Part shown: positions 51,360 through 63,893 of the stretch, piece by piece
Numbering within the stretch: the first letter of the stretch is position 1
How the letters are laid out: every line of letters starts with the position of its first letter
Origin: Nemertoderma westbladi
Taxonomy: Eukaryota > Animalia > Xenacoelomorpha
Reading direction: 5' to 3'
DNA: 64,000 nt
Assembly (NCBI GenBank): GCA_032718475.1
Contig: JAUCBJ010005505.1
Location: forward strand, 1 to 64,000
The notes under the pieces: generated by a model
Databases searched by the model: none
Told to the model about the DNA's origin: nothing
The model's input: the letters and a program-made list of their open reading frames with translations, nothing else
Made by a program: the position numbers and the translations under genes

Positions 51360-52219
51360 GTAAGTTGAAATTCATTTCATGAATTTGTCATTATTTTAAA
51401 ATAATTATTTAAATAATTTGTTAATATGACAACAAGTCACATATTCTTATTTACTCAATGGTTTTACTCAAATATTGAAAAAACCTTTCTTTTTCTTTAT
51501 AATGGGTAAATTTACATGTGTTTCAAACTTTTACTTTTAATGTGTTATTCATAATATCCAATTATTTTTTCTAGAGAAACTGTTTTTACTTATGCTAGAT
51601 ACAAGGCGATCTATAAGTATTCATAGAACGCCTTGGCTAGATATGAACGATAATTACAGTATTACCAAATTAATTGTTGCTAGGCAACAGTCTACAGTAT
51701 ACGTACTGTACAATAATTATCAAATTCATTGCAAATGAAAATGATGGTTAAACATTTTGAATATAATTGTTTTAATCATTATTTCACAATTCTCAAATAA
51801 TAATTCTTAAGTGACATCGGCCTACTTTAATTTAATACACTTAAGGGGGTGGGGGGAGGGGGGGGGGGGGGCACCCCCAAAAAGCCACTTTATTGAAATG
51901 GCCATTATTTTGGGATATAGTTTAATATAACAATTTTATTGTCGCCAGCCTATGTCTGGAAGGCCAAATAGTCTCCAAACGTAAATTTTTGAAAATTGTT
52001 GACCTCCCCCTAGCGGCTGGCGGTGGAATTGAGAATTTAACTAAAAACACTACTGTATTACTGTAGTCCCTCAATCTTTGTCCAAATTTATTGGAATCAA
52101 CTTTTTTGGATTCAGCGTCATCGACTCTTACAAAATTTATCTTTATAGAATTTTAATTAGCTAATTAAGAAAATAATTAATTTAATTAATTAATTTTAAT
52201 TATTTTGATTAAAATCAGC

Positions 52220-53628
52220 CAGCGGAGGTATGGAAAACAGGAGTGCTAAACAGACCATTATTGAATGTTTGCAACAGGATGTTAAAAGGGGAAAAGCCAC
52301 CACCAATGTGGACTAAAGGTCAACTAAAGCCTCTCCCCAAGAAAGGAGGGCCTCGGTATACCAACAAACTATCGTGGAATCTGTCTGCTTGTGGTAGCTG
52401 CCACAATATACAATAAAATGATTCTATATAGGATTAGGCCTCACATAGAGAAACTACTGCGTAAGAGCCAAAACGGATTTCGACCAAGTAGATCAACAAT
52501 AGCTCAGATACTTGCACTACGGAGACTGATTGAAGGAATTAAATCGAAGAATCTCCCCGCAGTCATGACTTTTGTGGACTTCAAGAAGGCATTTGACTCC
52601 ATCCATAGAGGCAAAATGCTTGAAATCCTAATAGCTTATGGAATACCAGAAGTAATTGTTGCTGGCATTGGATTGTTATATTGTGACACAGAAGCGCAGG
52701 TACTCTCACCAGATTGTGAAACTGAGTTTTTCTCAATCCTGGCTGGCGTACTGCAAGGTGACACATTAGCACCATTACTATTTGTAATTGTGCTGGATTA
52801 CGCAATGAGGACGGTCACACTTCAAGAACGCAGAAGTAGTAGATATCCGGCAACTACAGTCACAGACACCGACTTTGCGGATGACATCGCCCTGCTCTCT
52901 AATACCCTAGCAGATGCACAGCTTCTACTAAATAAAGTGGAGAGGGCTGCTAAGGAGGTTGGATTGCAAATAAATGCTACAAAGACCGAATTAATGACCT
53001 TTAATGTTGATGGAAACTTGACAACCATTGATAATAATCAACTAAGGAAGGTCGATGACTTCCAGTACCTTGGATCATGGATAGAGAGTAGCAAAAAGGA
53101 CATAGAAATTAGGAAAGCAAAGGCTTGGGTAGCTCTATCAAAAATGGATACCATCTGGAAATCAGATCTCTCCAGGCACCTGAAGACTAAGTTCTTTCGA
53201 GCCACAGTGGAAAGTGTATTTTTATATGGGGGTGAGACCTGGTCACTGACTAAATCACTTGAACAACGAATTGATGGTTGCTACACAAGACTACTAAGGG
53301 CAGCCCTAAACATCAACTGGAGACAACACATGACAAACGCCGAACTTTATGGTACAATACCACCTATATCAACCACCCTCCGTGAACGCAGATTAAGATT
53401 CAGTAGGCACTGCTGGCGAAGTAAAGACGAGGTCATACCAGATCTACTTCTCTGGCAACCAACTCATTGAAAGCGTAGTCGTGGACTACCGGCCATAACA
53501 TATATAGATCAACTTGAAAGGGATACTGAACTTGGGAGAAACGAAATTGCGACAACTATGGAGAATCGGGAAGCCTGGAAGGATCTCATTTCCACTGTCC
53601 GAGTTCGCTCGACCTAGTAGTAGTAGTA
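52220..53628 (+). mobile_element. RTE LINE (family A), 5'-truncated, RT largely intact
   Basis: QNGFRPSRST, FVDFKKAFDS, GVLQGDTLAP, DFADD, FQYLGS, RRLRFSRH; (TAG)n tail. Confidence 0.95.
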
Positions 53629-54136
53629 AAGCCTCGTGCTGCGCGAAGGAACCACGAACGTGTATGATTTGTCATAATTTATAACACAATACCAGCAATA
53701 ACATAAATCTACCAACGTTTACCCCCAGCAGTGCACATGTTTCTCACTCGTTTAACTGTTACCCACTAACCTTTGTTCATCAGTTGTTAGTTTAACTGCT
53801 GCCCTAACCCACCCAGTAACCTTTGTTCCTCAGTTTGTTCAACCGCTGTCCCAACCTTTGTTCCTCGCGTTGTACGCACACGATACTAAGTTGTGCGCAC
53901 AACATACGAAAAAAATATTTTTTCAAAGGTCCCTTTAGGGGCTCTGTAGTTTATTATTACCTTCTAACGTGTCAATAAATTAGTAATACTAAATTAGATT
54001 ATGCCATTCTTTCATTAAAATAAACGATTAGGGCATATTCCATTCAATAAATTAGATTAGACCTTCTTTCATTTTAAGGGCAAGTTCGATTTGAGACATA
54101 CAATCACATACAGTCAAAAATTGCCATGTAGGTCAC

Positions 54137-54322
54137 TCACATACAAACAGACCACATCACATACAAACAGACCCCATCGCATACAAACAGACACTATCAC
54201 ATACAAACAGACCCCATCACATACAAACAGACCCTATCTCATACAAACAGACCCCATCACATACAAACAGACCCCATCACATACAAACAGACCCATCACA
54301 TGCAAACAGACCCCATCACATA
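54137..54322. repeat. 21-bp minisatellite, about 9 copies
   Basis: Unit CACATACAAACAGACCCCATC-like. Confidence 0.9.
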
Positions 54323-54649
54323 CACTCAAATACAATCACATATATACAGTAATGTAAATTTAATTACTGCGATTTCAACTTACAGAGAAATTGTATCAGA
54401 AAAAAAAAGAAAACCCTCTATACTGTATACCGCAAATAAATTTATTTTAGTGAGCTATAAATACTTTTGAAAATTTCCGGACGAAAAATACTAGAGATAG
54501 ATGCAACTGCCAGAGTGGGACCACATCACGAAAGTAACATACCCTAACTTAACTACCCCTTTTATGTAAGTTCTTGGAGACTTGGAAGCTCAGGGTTACA
54601 GTTTCCAGTGGCTCCAGTTCCTCCATAGAGGAGACCACGGGGCAGTCGT

Positions 54650-55211
54650 CTAGTTCGGGACCGGAGAGGATTGACCGGCGATGAACTGGTCAAGGAGTCG
54701 ATCAGTTAGATGCGCATCGGCTGTCGGGAGTGCCTCGAAGGAGCACTTAGTGGCGATATCGCGCAAATTAACGAGAAACGTCTCGGGAGTTTCCTCTGGA
54801 AGGCGAGAACAGCGGGTGAGTTCTTGTCGGTGAATGCGTTTATTCGTTCCCCCATCGATATGGATGCTGAGTTTATGTATAACGACATTCGCGTTGGCGT
54901 TCTCGGCAGAGGAGAGAGTGAGCCCTTTAACTACGGCATTGGTTGCCCGGGAGAATGCGGTTGTTAGGGCGGCGCGTACCTGCCGGTTTGTAAGACGGAG
55001 GAATGTCTCGGATAGATCCGGATCTGGTGGGTTGGCGTCTGCCAAATGTAGATTGTCCACTGTCCAGTCCAAATGTTATTAGGAAAGCCTCCCATTCGTC
55101 TTTCCAGAGTTCCCAGTTAGAACGTTCGGTATCGAGGTCGAATGGAGGTGGGTTGCTGGGGAGCACAAACGTGCGTGGATCGCGAGCGTCGTTGTGAGGG
55201 CCGGTAGACAT
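54650..55211 (-). pseudogene. Ty3/Gypsy gag fragment, frameshifted
   Basis: PPPFDLD..RSNWELWKDEWEAFL, then in another frame ETPETFLVNLRDIATKCSF...DRLLDQFIAG. Confidence 0.8.
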
Positions 55212-55820
55212 CGCAGAACGCGTGCGTGGATACTGAATTATATAGCATTTTTACTTTATGGTCCCATTGTTTAGCGGTTTCGATTTCATAATCCAGTAAT
55301 CAATCATAATAAATGCTGAAATACAGTACCGGTCTGCCGGTACTGTTGTACTGCAGTAGCAGTTTACGATGACCAATTCCACACCGACCGCCAGTCCATC
55401 AGTCAGCCATAACAGCCATCACTAAGCAGGCTCGAAATATTTCGTAAGACTCGGATCTGCGCAATATCATGTGACACCAATAGAATCGCGGGGAATTTCT
55501 ACAGTCAGACAGGGCCACAGCTGCACAGGGAATAAAACTTTCTGACTTTGGGATGTGGAGAGTTCTAAGTCCAGAAGTCTAACCAGCTAACGCTAACTTT
55601 AAAATTCGTAATTGCAAATTCTGCAGCTAATTTAAAAATTATCCCCGCATTGTATTGGTGTCCCACGATACTGCACATTTTGTTTATTTTCATCCTATTC
55701 ACATCTTAACTGAATAACGCATCGTAGTCAGGTAGTCGTAGAGAATAGAGATCCAGTCAATTAAATACTGAAATATTGCAGTAATGGACTGGTTGCCCGT
55801 ACCGGGCAACGTACCGTACT

Positions 55821-56461
55821 GCAGATGCACAGCTTCTACTAAATAAAGTGGAGAGGGCTGCTAAGGAGGTTGGATTGCATATAAATGCTACCAAGACCGA
55901 ATTCATGACCTTTAATGTTGATGGAAACTTGACAACCATTAATAGTAATCAACTAAGGAAGGTTGACGACTTCCAGTACCTTGGATCATGGATAGAGAGT
56001 AGCAAAATGGACATAGAAGTTAGGAAAGCAAAGGCTTGGGTAGCTCTATCAAAAATGGATACCATCTGGAAATCAGATGTCTCCAGGCACCTGAAGACTA
56101 AGTTCTTTCGAGCCACAGTGGAAAGTGTATTTTTAGACTGGGGTGAGACCTGGACACTGATTAAATCACTTGAACAACGAATTGATGGTTGCTACACAAG
56201 ACTACTAAGGGCAGCCCTCAACATCAGCTGGAGACAACACATGACAAACGTTGAGCTTTATGGTACAATACCACCTGTATCAACCACCCTCCGTAAACGC
56301 AGATTACGATTCAGTGGGCACTGCTGGCAAAGTAAAGACGATGTCATACCAGATCTACATTTCTGGCAACCAACTCATGGAAAGCGTAGTCGTGGACGAC
56401 CGGCCATAACATATATAGATCAACTTGAAAGGGATACTGAACTTGGGAGAAACGAAATTGC
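55821..56461 (+). mobile_element. RTE LINE family A copy, 5' part (split by the LTR element)
   Basis: Near identical to 52910-53550; sequence resumes at 63812. Confidence 0.95.
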
Positions 56462-56996
56462 TGTGACGGGATCTACGGATCCCGGTTTATCCGTTGGGTT
56501 TTCTATCCACGCGTCCCCGCCGTGTGTGAAAGGTAAAAGAGTTCTGATGTTGGGTAATATGTATAAAGGTATAATAGTCTGATAGTTGATATATAGTATA
56601 GTATGACACAACAGGTAATATAAGTATGATGGCGGTAGCGGACGGTGACAGAAGTCCCCGTTCCACCCTACTGATCTGACTGAGTAAACTGAATGAATGA
56701 TTACAGGTTACTGGTTATATTGCATGGTGGCCTTATTGCTACTCAATCGATGCCTTTCCCCCCTCTGATTGGTTGGTATCCCTGTTGGCACCCTTTGGAG
56801 TGTTTCCCTTCACTCCCTGTGTTCTCTCTCGGTTAGGGGTTTGGCCCCTGACCCCTATTGTGTGTGTCTCCTTTGGGGCCTATTGTCCCCGTTTACTGGG
56901 CTGACACGAGGTTGATTGGTAATCAACCTCGTGCTCCCAATATTGCTTTATGGCTCACTCTATGGGTTTGTGTTAGCGGAATTGGATAAGCTAACA
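56462..56996 (-). repeat. 3' LTR (535 bp)
   Basis: Direct repeat of 63282-63811; preceded on minus by a polypurine tract GGGGGGG(A)G at 56997-57005. Confidence 0.95.
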
Positions 56997-57499
56997 CTCC
57001 CCCCCATGCTATCTTCCCGGTGAGAAGATAGCATCCAACTAAAGTGCGCTACAATTCCGCTGGATCCCGATCTAGCATCGGGTGTGGGGTGGGTATATTT
57101 TTTCGGAGTCGGCTTTCCAGGCCGCTCCCTATGGGTATGATGTCACTACCCTCTGGCGTCTCGTGTCGGGCCGATCGTGCGCTTCTCTCACACAATTTTT
57201 GTTTCCCCAACACTCTCACCACTCTACTCCAACTCTCGCATACCCCCGGACCTCCTCGTCCCACACTCTTCCTCTCACTTCGCACTATTACTCCATCCCT
57301 CCTTGACTACATTATCCCTTCTGACGAATCTCACCCCCCCTCCGTGCCGTCGCACTCAGGAAATGTGAAATCGTCTGGCGTCTTGTCCCTAATGCCATAG
57401 TCACTTAGCCCCCCAGTCCCAGTAGCTAATTGAGAAAGGTTGTATGACTATAGTACTTACACCACTCTCTCCGCACCCCGCACTATCACCTCTCCACTC

Positions 57500-59300
57500 T
57501 CTTGTCACTCCCTAAGGCTTTAATCTCTTATGCTACCCCTGTGCTATCATACTATCTACCTACTGCTTACTAACTCTAACTATCTAACTAACTCTGCTAA
57601 CTAGTAACTCTTACTACTTCTAGCTCTAACTGAGAGCCTCTAACTTTCTACTGACTCTAACTCTCTACTAAGTCTAACTAACTCCTACTAACTTTCTACT
57701 TCTACTAACTCTACTTGACTCCTCTGAGTCTACCAACTCTGTTAACTAGCTCTACTAACTCTACTCCACTAGCTCTGCTAACTCTACTAACTAGCTTTAC
57801 TAACTCTACTCCACTCTTCTAACTACGTGGCGCTTGCGGTGCCCACAACCATTCTACTATCTGGCACCCTATGTGCCCTTCTACTACACTACTACCTCTC
57901 TAACTTACTACCTGGCACCCTATGTGCCCGTCTCTACTCTTCTACTCTCTGGCACCCTATGTGCCCGTCTCTACTCCTCTACATCCCCTTTACGTCTCAT
58001 CGCCTACACGTGACGCTCTGAGTGCCGGCAGAGTGGGTACGTTAATTATGTGAACTACTACTGACTCTACTAACTCTCTTCTAACTCTACTAACTCTTTT
58101 TGTGCCCGGCACCTCTTGTGCCCGGCACCTTCTAACTCTACTAACTGGCACCCTATGTGCCCTCTCTACTACTCTACACTATCTCTAACTCTCTAACTCT
58201 ACTACATGGCACCCTATGTGCCTGTCTACTACTCTACTCTTTTTGTGCCCGGCACCTCTTGTGCCCGGCACCCACCCTAATTAACATACCTCGCTCTTAC
58301 ATCAAACACATCATCACGCCCGTGCCCCACTAAGTTCAGCGCATTCCCTACTAACTCTAACTACGTGGCGCTTACGGTGCCCACAACCCTCTACTGCTAC
58401 TACTAACACCCCTAACTAGCGGTACTACGTACCCTCTTACTACTCTAGCTCTCTCTACTAGCTAGCGGTACAACGTACCCTCTTACTACTCTAGCTCTCT
58501 CTACTAGCTAGCGGTACAACGTACCCTCTTACTACTCCTACTCTCTAGCCGGTACTTACGTACCCTCTAACTCTTACTCTCTAACCGGTACTTACGTACC
58601 CTCTAACTCTAACTAACTAGCGGTACTTACGTACCCTCTAACTCTAACTCTAACTAACGGTACTACGTACCCTCTAACTCTAACTCTAACTAGGTACTAC
58701 GTACCTTCTAACTCTAACTCTAACTAGGTACTACGTACCTTCTAACTCTAACTCTAACTAGGTACTATGTACCTTCTAACTCTAACTCTAACTAGGTACT
58801 ACGTACCTACTAACTCTCTAACTATCGGTACTACGTACCCTCTAACTCTAACTAGGTACTACGTACCTACTGACTCTCTAACTAACTCTAGGTACTACGT
58901 ACCTACTAACTCTCTAACTCTAGGTACTACGTACCTACTAACTCTAACTCTAACTAGGTACTACGCACCTATTAACTCTAACTCTAACTAGGTACTACGT
59001 ACCTACTAACTCTTACTAACTCTCTAACGGTACTACGTACCTACTAACTCTAACTCTAACTAGGTACTACGTACCTACTGACTCTCTAACTAGGTACTAC
59101 GTACCTACTAACTCTTACTAACTCTCTAACGGTACTACGTACCCCTTAACTCCTACTCTCTAACGGTAGAGAGACTCTCTAACTCTTACTCTAACACTAA
59201 CTATCAGTGCTAACTGACTAACTAACTAACTCTGACTCTAGGTACTACGTACCTCCTAAATAACTCCTAACTACCTAACTTCTACCTACTTTATTATTTA
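57500..59300 (-). repeat. (TTAGAG)-rich low-complexity tract with embedded stem-loop array in the LTR element 3' region
   Basis: Plus strand CTAACT repeats with about 22 GGTAC-N3/4-GTACC and 5 GGCAC-CCTAT-GTGCC units. Confidence 0.9.
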
Positions 59301-59314
59301 ATTATTTTATTTAA

Positions 59315-62300
59315 TTAAATAATTATTTTATATTTTGTGCGTGGGAAGGGCGTCTCGCCCTCATTCCCACCCCCCTCAGTCCAAAACTTTGGACGACTAA
59401 AAACTCTCACGTGCCCCTTCTTCCGGTAGGCACTCTCCTGCTGCCCTCCTATACGTCCTCTAACTCTTCGCCACACTCTCTTCGGTGCCACCTTTGCTGG
59501 CCTCCCCCTTCGTATGTGCGCTGGCATTAGAGCCCTCGACGACCCCCGCTCGTCCCTCGGTATACGCGGTGTCTGCCCATGTAATGCCCCCTCGCACTGT
59601 GTCAGCCCTGCGTGTGTATGCAACACGCCTCCTTCTACTTTCCCGACTCCTTTGCTCATGGACTTCTCTACCCCTGGTTTAGTCCTTTCACATCCTCTCC
59701 CTTTCCAACACTCTCCGGATCTGTGTCCTTTTACCACACATCGATGACATAGTCCGTTTGCGTCTGTGTAGGCTACACGATCTCGTTTGGGCAACGCTTG
59801 CCAGTACTTGCAACTCCTGGTCTTATGGGTTCCGTCCCGATGTAATTGACATTGGAATCCTGGATTATAGCGTTTCCTGTATAGTCCTTCACGTATCGCG
59901 CTTAGGTTTATATGTACCGATTTAATGTTTTGGTTGTCTAGACTCGGCCTACTGGGTATATTGGGATTGTGTTTATTTTTGGTGTTATTTTCTTTCTGTC
60001 CCTGCCACGGTGTGGCCCTGCTACCAGCTAACTGTGGACTAGCAGTCCCCTGTATGGCCGCGTGTGGTGGTGACTGTCCGCACGACCTGCTCTCGTCCAG
60101 GGAGTTCGATGTTCTCGCTCCTATCGGGGTATATTGTCGATATTGTGATGGGGGAATGTCACCCTGTCCCCCCCCAGCCGGTATGTTTGGTACTGGGGTT
60201 GATGTTAATACATTGGGGCCCATACGTCTATCTCCAATAACTCCCCCCTCCCCTGGATATATGTTATGTCCCTGTGTATTATAGTCATGCTGCTGTACCG
60301 ATATAGGCCTACCTACCTCTCGCCTACCTACCGGTATGTACTCCGCGACTTCCGGGTTTAATCCCGTCGTTCGCGCTACCCCATCGCCTACTCTATCTCT
60401 CCCAGCATGGCCTATAATAGTATGTGCAGTAAGGCCTACAGTATGTCCTGCAGTCTGCATGTGCCCTTCCGAACCGAAGTTTATTCTTCGCGAATCTCGA
60501 ATCTCCCCGCGACTACTGCACTCTCGATCGGCAGCTATATCCCGTCGGGAAGCTTCTCTTCGATCCCCTCTCCTGTTCTCGACTCTTGTATTGGTACGTC
60601 CTGTACCCCTCTCTTGGCGTGCGGTGCGTTTCTCCGGGGCGACGGCAATCTCCCGAAGTTCGACCCCACTGGCTCCCTGACTCCATCTCTACTATCGACG
60701 GTCCGTTATCCGTCCTCGCACTCCTATCGTTCGTGGCGACACCTTTTCTACTATCTCCTCTTCTTCTCTTTTCAGTGCAGTATTCCGGCTCATGAGATCT
60801 CTCGTCGACCTCCCGGTTAAACTCCACTGTTCTTCTTCCCTCTTCTGGTCGGGCTCGACGCTTCGTCTGCCCTCTCGCGACGTCAACCTGCCTCTCTCTG
60901 CTCGATCGCACGCCGCTGGGGATACTCGCAATCCCCCTATTACTCTCCGTCGCCGGGTGTTGCGGTTTACCTGATTCGGCCCGCGCATTATCCGCTGACG
61001 GCTGTGGGACACTCTCTGCCCCCCCTCTCTCTCTACTAATCTCTCGCGGTGGGGTGCCCGTAGCCCCCCCCCACCCGCCACTTCTAACTTCACTATCTCT
61101 TACTACACTTCTACTACCCCTCTTGTGGGGCATTCTCTGCCCCCCCTCTCTCGCCACTAATCTTATGTGGTGGGGCGCCGGTAGCCCCCCCCCACCCGCC
61201 ACATCTAACTTCACTATCTCTTACTTCGTCTCTACACCCCTCTCTAGTCGACGCACTGTCTCTACTACGGCTGGGTCTATTCACCCCCGCCTCTCTCTCT
61301 ACTACTGCGTGGCCCATCAGGCCCACTTCGGGTTGGCTCAACCCCGCTACCTCCTGCCTACCAACTACGTGGCCTACCAGGCCGCCGTCGGGTTGGCTCA
61401 ACCCTGCCACTTCCTGCCTACTAACTACGTGGCCTACCAGGCCACCGTCTGCTGAGTTATGTACGTCCGACACGCTCACATTAATAGCACCATTCCCAAT
61501 ATTATTTGTTAAATCAATTAAATTATTAGAATTTGAAACGGGATTATTATTTAAATTATTTAAATTACTTAGATCACTACTATTCTCTAAACTTAAATTA
61601 TTATTCGAATTATTTTGCGGGTTTGAATTGAAATTATTATTTAGAATATTTGTATTTAAATTTAAATTACTACTACCCGGTAAAATATTATTTCCTGTAA
61701 TAAAGGGATTAGGGTTATTTACTACGGTACTATTAATATTAACTGTTCTAACGTACTACTATTACACCCCCCGCCCGTACGGCTACACCAGTTCTGGCTC
61801 TCTCGCCCGGTGCCTGTAAGTGGGGGCTCACTCTCTGATATCTCCAACCGCGCCAGTTCTAGTCGGCGCTGGTCTAATTTGGCTTGATATTGCGCAAGCC
61901 TCCCTAGCTGAGCACGCAAATCATCCCGCATGCGCTCACCCTCTATCCCCATCTCTCGCATATTCTGCTCGGCCAACTCTGCCTCTCTCGCAAGCATCTC
62001 AAGCCGCCTCGCCGGCTCGCTCTCTACTCCTATCTCTCGCTCTCTACACTCCTTGGCTCCCTCTCTACACTTCTCGGCCCTCTCTCTACACTCCCTCTCC
62101 AACTCTCCTACCTTCTCTGAGAATGCGGTTCCCTCTCTCAATCGTCTCTCTAACTCATTCTGCTCTGTCGCAACCATTTCTAATTTATACGCCATGCGTT
62201 TACTCTCTCGCACCCGTCTTTCTTTTACGGAGGATGTAGCAGACTTATCGGTTGCGACGGACTCCCGTCGCCCCTCCGTCCCACTAACTTTCCCCCGCCT

Positions 62301-63158
62301 CCCGGAACTTCCTCCGACCGACGAGACCGAATCCTCGGAGTTAACCTCGGATTCGCCCTCCTCAGGTCTCTTCCAACCCACTAATTTTACTCCCCGGGCA
62401 TCGACTAAGTATGGCCCTACGTACACTACGCTAGGTTCCATACCCCCACATTCCCATAGTTCGATCAGTTCGTTGGCAACTCCCCTCGCCCTCTCCTCGG
62501 CTAGTTCTCTCTGCCCAAAACGCATTAGGTAATCAAAGTGTCTATTCGACTCACCTAGTCGTTTCCTCAGTCTCACCTCGTCTATCTTCGCCCCTCCTTT
62601 GGCCTCTCTCAGTTGCTCTCGGGTCGCGAGGTAGGCTCGTCGGAGCCGGTCGCCGACTCCGACGTCCTCGTTGCCGACATCTCCTCTATCCTTCCGTGTC
62701 CGGCGTCGTACCGTCGGCCCCACCGTCGCCCCTCCGGTGGACCGTTCGTCGTCCTCGGCCTGTGGCTGGCCGGCGACATCGGTACCGACATCTCCCTCAT
62801 CTCTCCGGGTCCGACGTCGTACCGACGGCCCCACCGTCGCCGTTCCGGTGGACCGTTCGTCGTCCTCGGCCTGTGGCTGGCCGGTGACATCGGTATGTCG
62901 ACCCTCGCTCCGCGTCGACTCGTCTTTCTCTTCTCCTCCCTTCTCGTCTCCTTCCCTCGACTCGCTCTCCGGTTGTAGACGACCCCCCACATCTTGATTC
63001 GTCGGGTTGCTCGTTGTCGACGTGGCGTCAACCTGCGTCGACGTGGTCGGCGTAGCATCGATCGGCGTCGTGGGTTCGTATCGTCTCGCCGTGGCCTCGC
63101 GGATCGTTAGATCGTCGTCCGGGGTCCGCGGCGGTGTCGTTCCTCTCTCTCGACTCAT
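59315..63158 (-). pseudogene. Long gag-like ORF broken by about 3 frameshifts
   Basis: Acidic/coiled-coil ORF 63158-61722, then an Asn-rich frame from about 61755 into 61479-61114, then 61214-60513, then a last frame to 59315 with CQLHRDGTHKTRSC...GLCHRCVVKGHRSGEC knuckles. Confidence 0.75.
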
Positions 63159-63281
63159 CGTCGTCTTTGGTAGCTGGTCGTCGCTAGCTAGGACGGTAGC
63201 TCTATTCTATCTCTGTCAGGGCAGCTGGGCGGATCTAGTTCTGTCACTGTCAGGGCAGCTGGGCGGATCTGATTCTGTCAC

Positions 63282-63811
63282 TGTGACGGGATCTACGGAT
63301 CCCGGTTTATCCGTTTGGGTTTTCTATCCACGCGTCCCCGCCGTGTGTGAAAGGTAAAAGAGTTCTGATGTTGGGTAATATGTATAAAGGTATAATAGTC
63401 TGACAGTTGATATAATATAGTATGACACAACAGGTAATATATAATGGCGGTAGCGGACGGTGACAGAAGTCCCCGTTCCACCCTACTGATCTGACTGAGT
63501 AAACTGAATGAATGATTACAGGTTACTGGTTATATTGCACGGTGGCCTTATTGCTACTCAATCGATGCCTTTCCCCCCTCTGATTGGTTGATATCCCTGT
63601 TGGCACCCTTTGGAGTGTTTCCCTTCACTCCCTGTGTTCTCTCTCGGTTAGGGGTTTGGCCCCTGACCCCTATTGTGTGTGTCTCCTTTGGGGCCTATTG
63701 TCCCCGTTTACTGGGCTGACACGAGGTTGATTGGTAATCAACCTCGTGCTCCCAATATTGCTTTATGGCTCACTCTATGGGTTTGTGTTAGCGGAATTGG
63801 ATAAGCTAACA
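63282..63811 (-). repeat. 5' LTR (530 bp)
   Basis: Direct repeat of 56462-56996; CCAAT, TATAA (63530-63534) and TCAGTT initiator-like motifs in order on minus. Confidence 0.95.
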
Positions 63812-63893
63812 ATTGCGACAACTATGGAGAATCGGGAAGCCTGGAAGGATCTAATTTCACTGTCCGAGTTCGCTCGACCTAGTAGTAGTAGTA
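63812..63893 (+). mobile_element. RTE LINE family A copy, 3' end
   Basis: ATTGCGACAACTATGGAGAATCGG...GACC(TAG)n continues the copy interrupted at 56461. Confidence 0.95.

Larger units (their letters stand above)
56462..63811 (-). mobile_element. Non-autonomous (gag-only) LTR retrotransposon, BEL/Pao-like, 7350 bp
   Basis: Two near-identical LTRs, TGTTAG...TCACA on minus; 5-bp TSD ATTGC (56457-56461, 63812-63816); PPT next to the left LTR; Zn-knuckle gag; no RT, RNase H or integrase motifs seen. Confidence 0.93.

Noticed and set aside
58421-59253. CRISPR-like look of palindromic repeats with spacers; telomere-like TTAGAG
   Set aside because: Spacers are low-complexity CTAACT variants inside an LTR element; the unit is not TTAGGG and is not terminal.
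61820-63357. Plus-strand Ser/Pro-rich ORFs in the LTR element
   Set aside because: Antisense shadows of the purine-rich gag frame.
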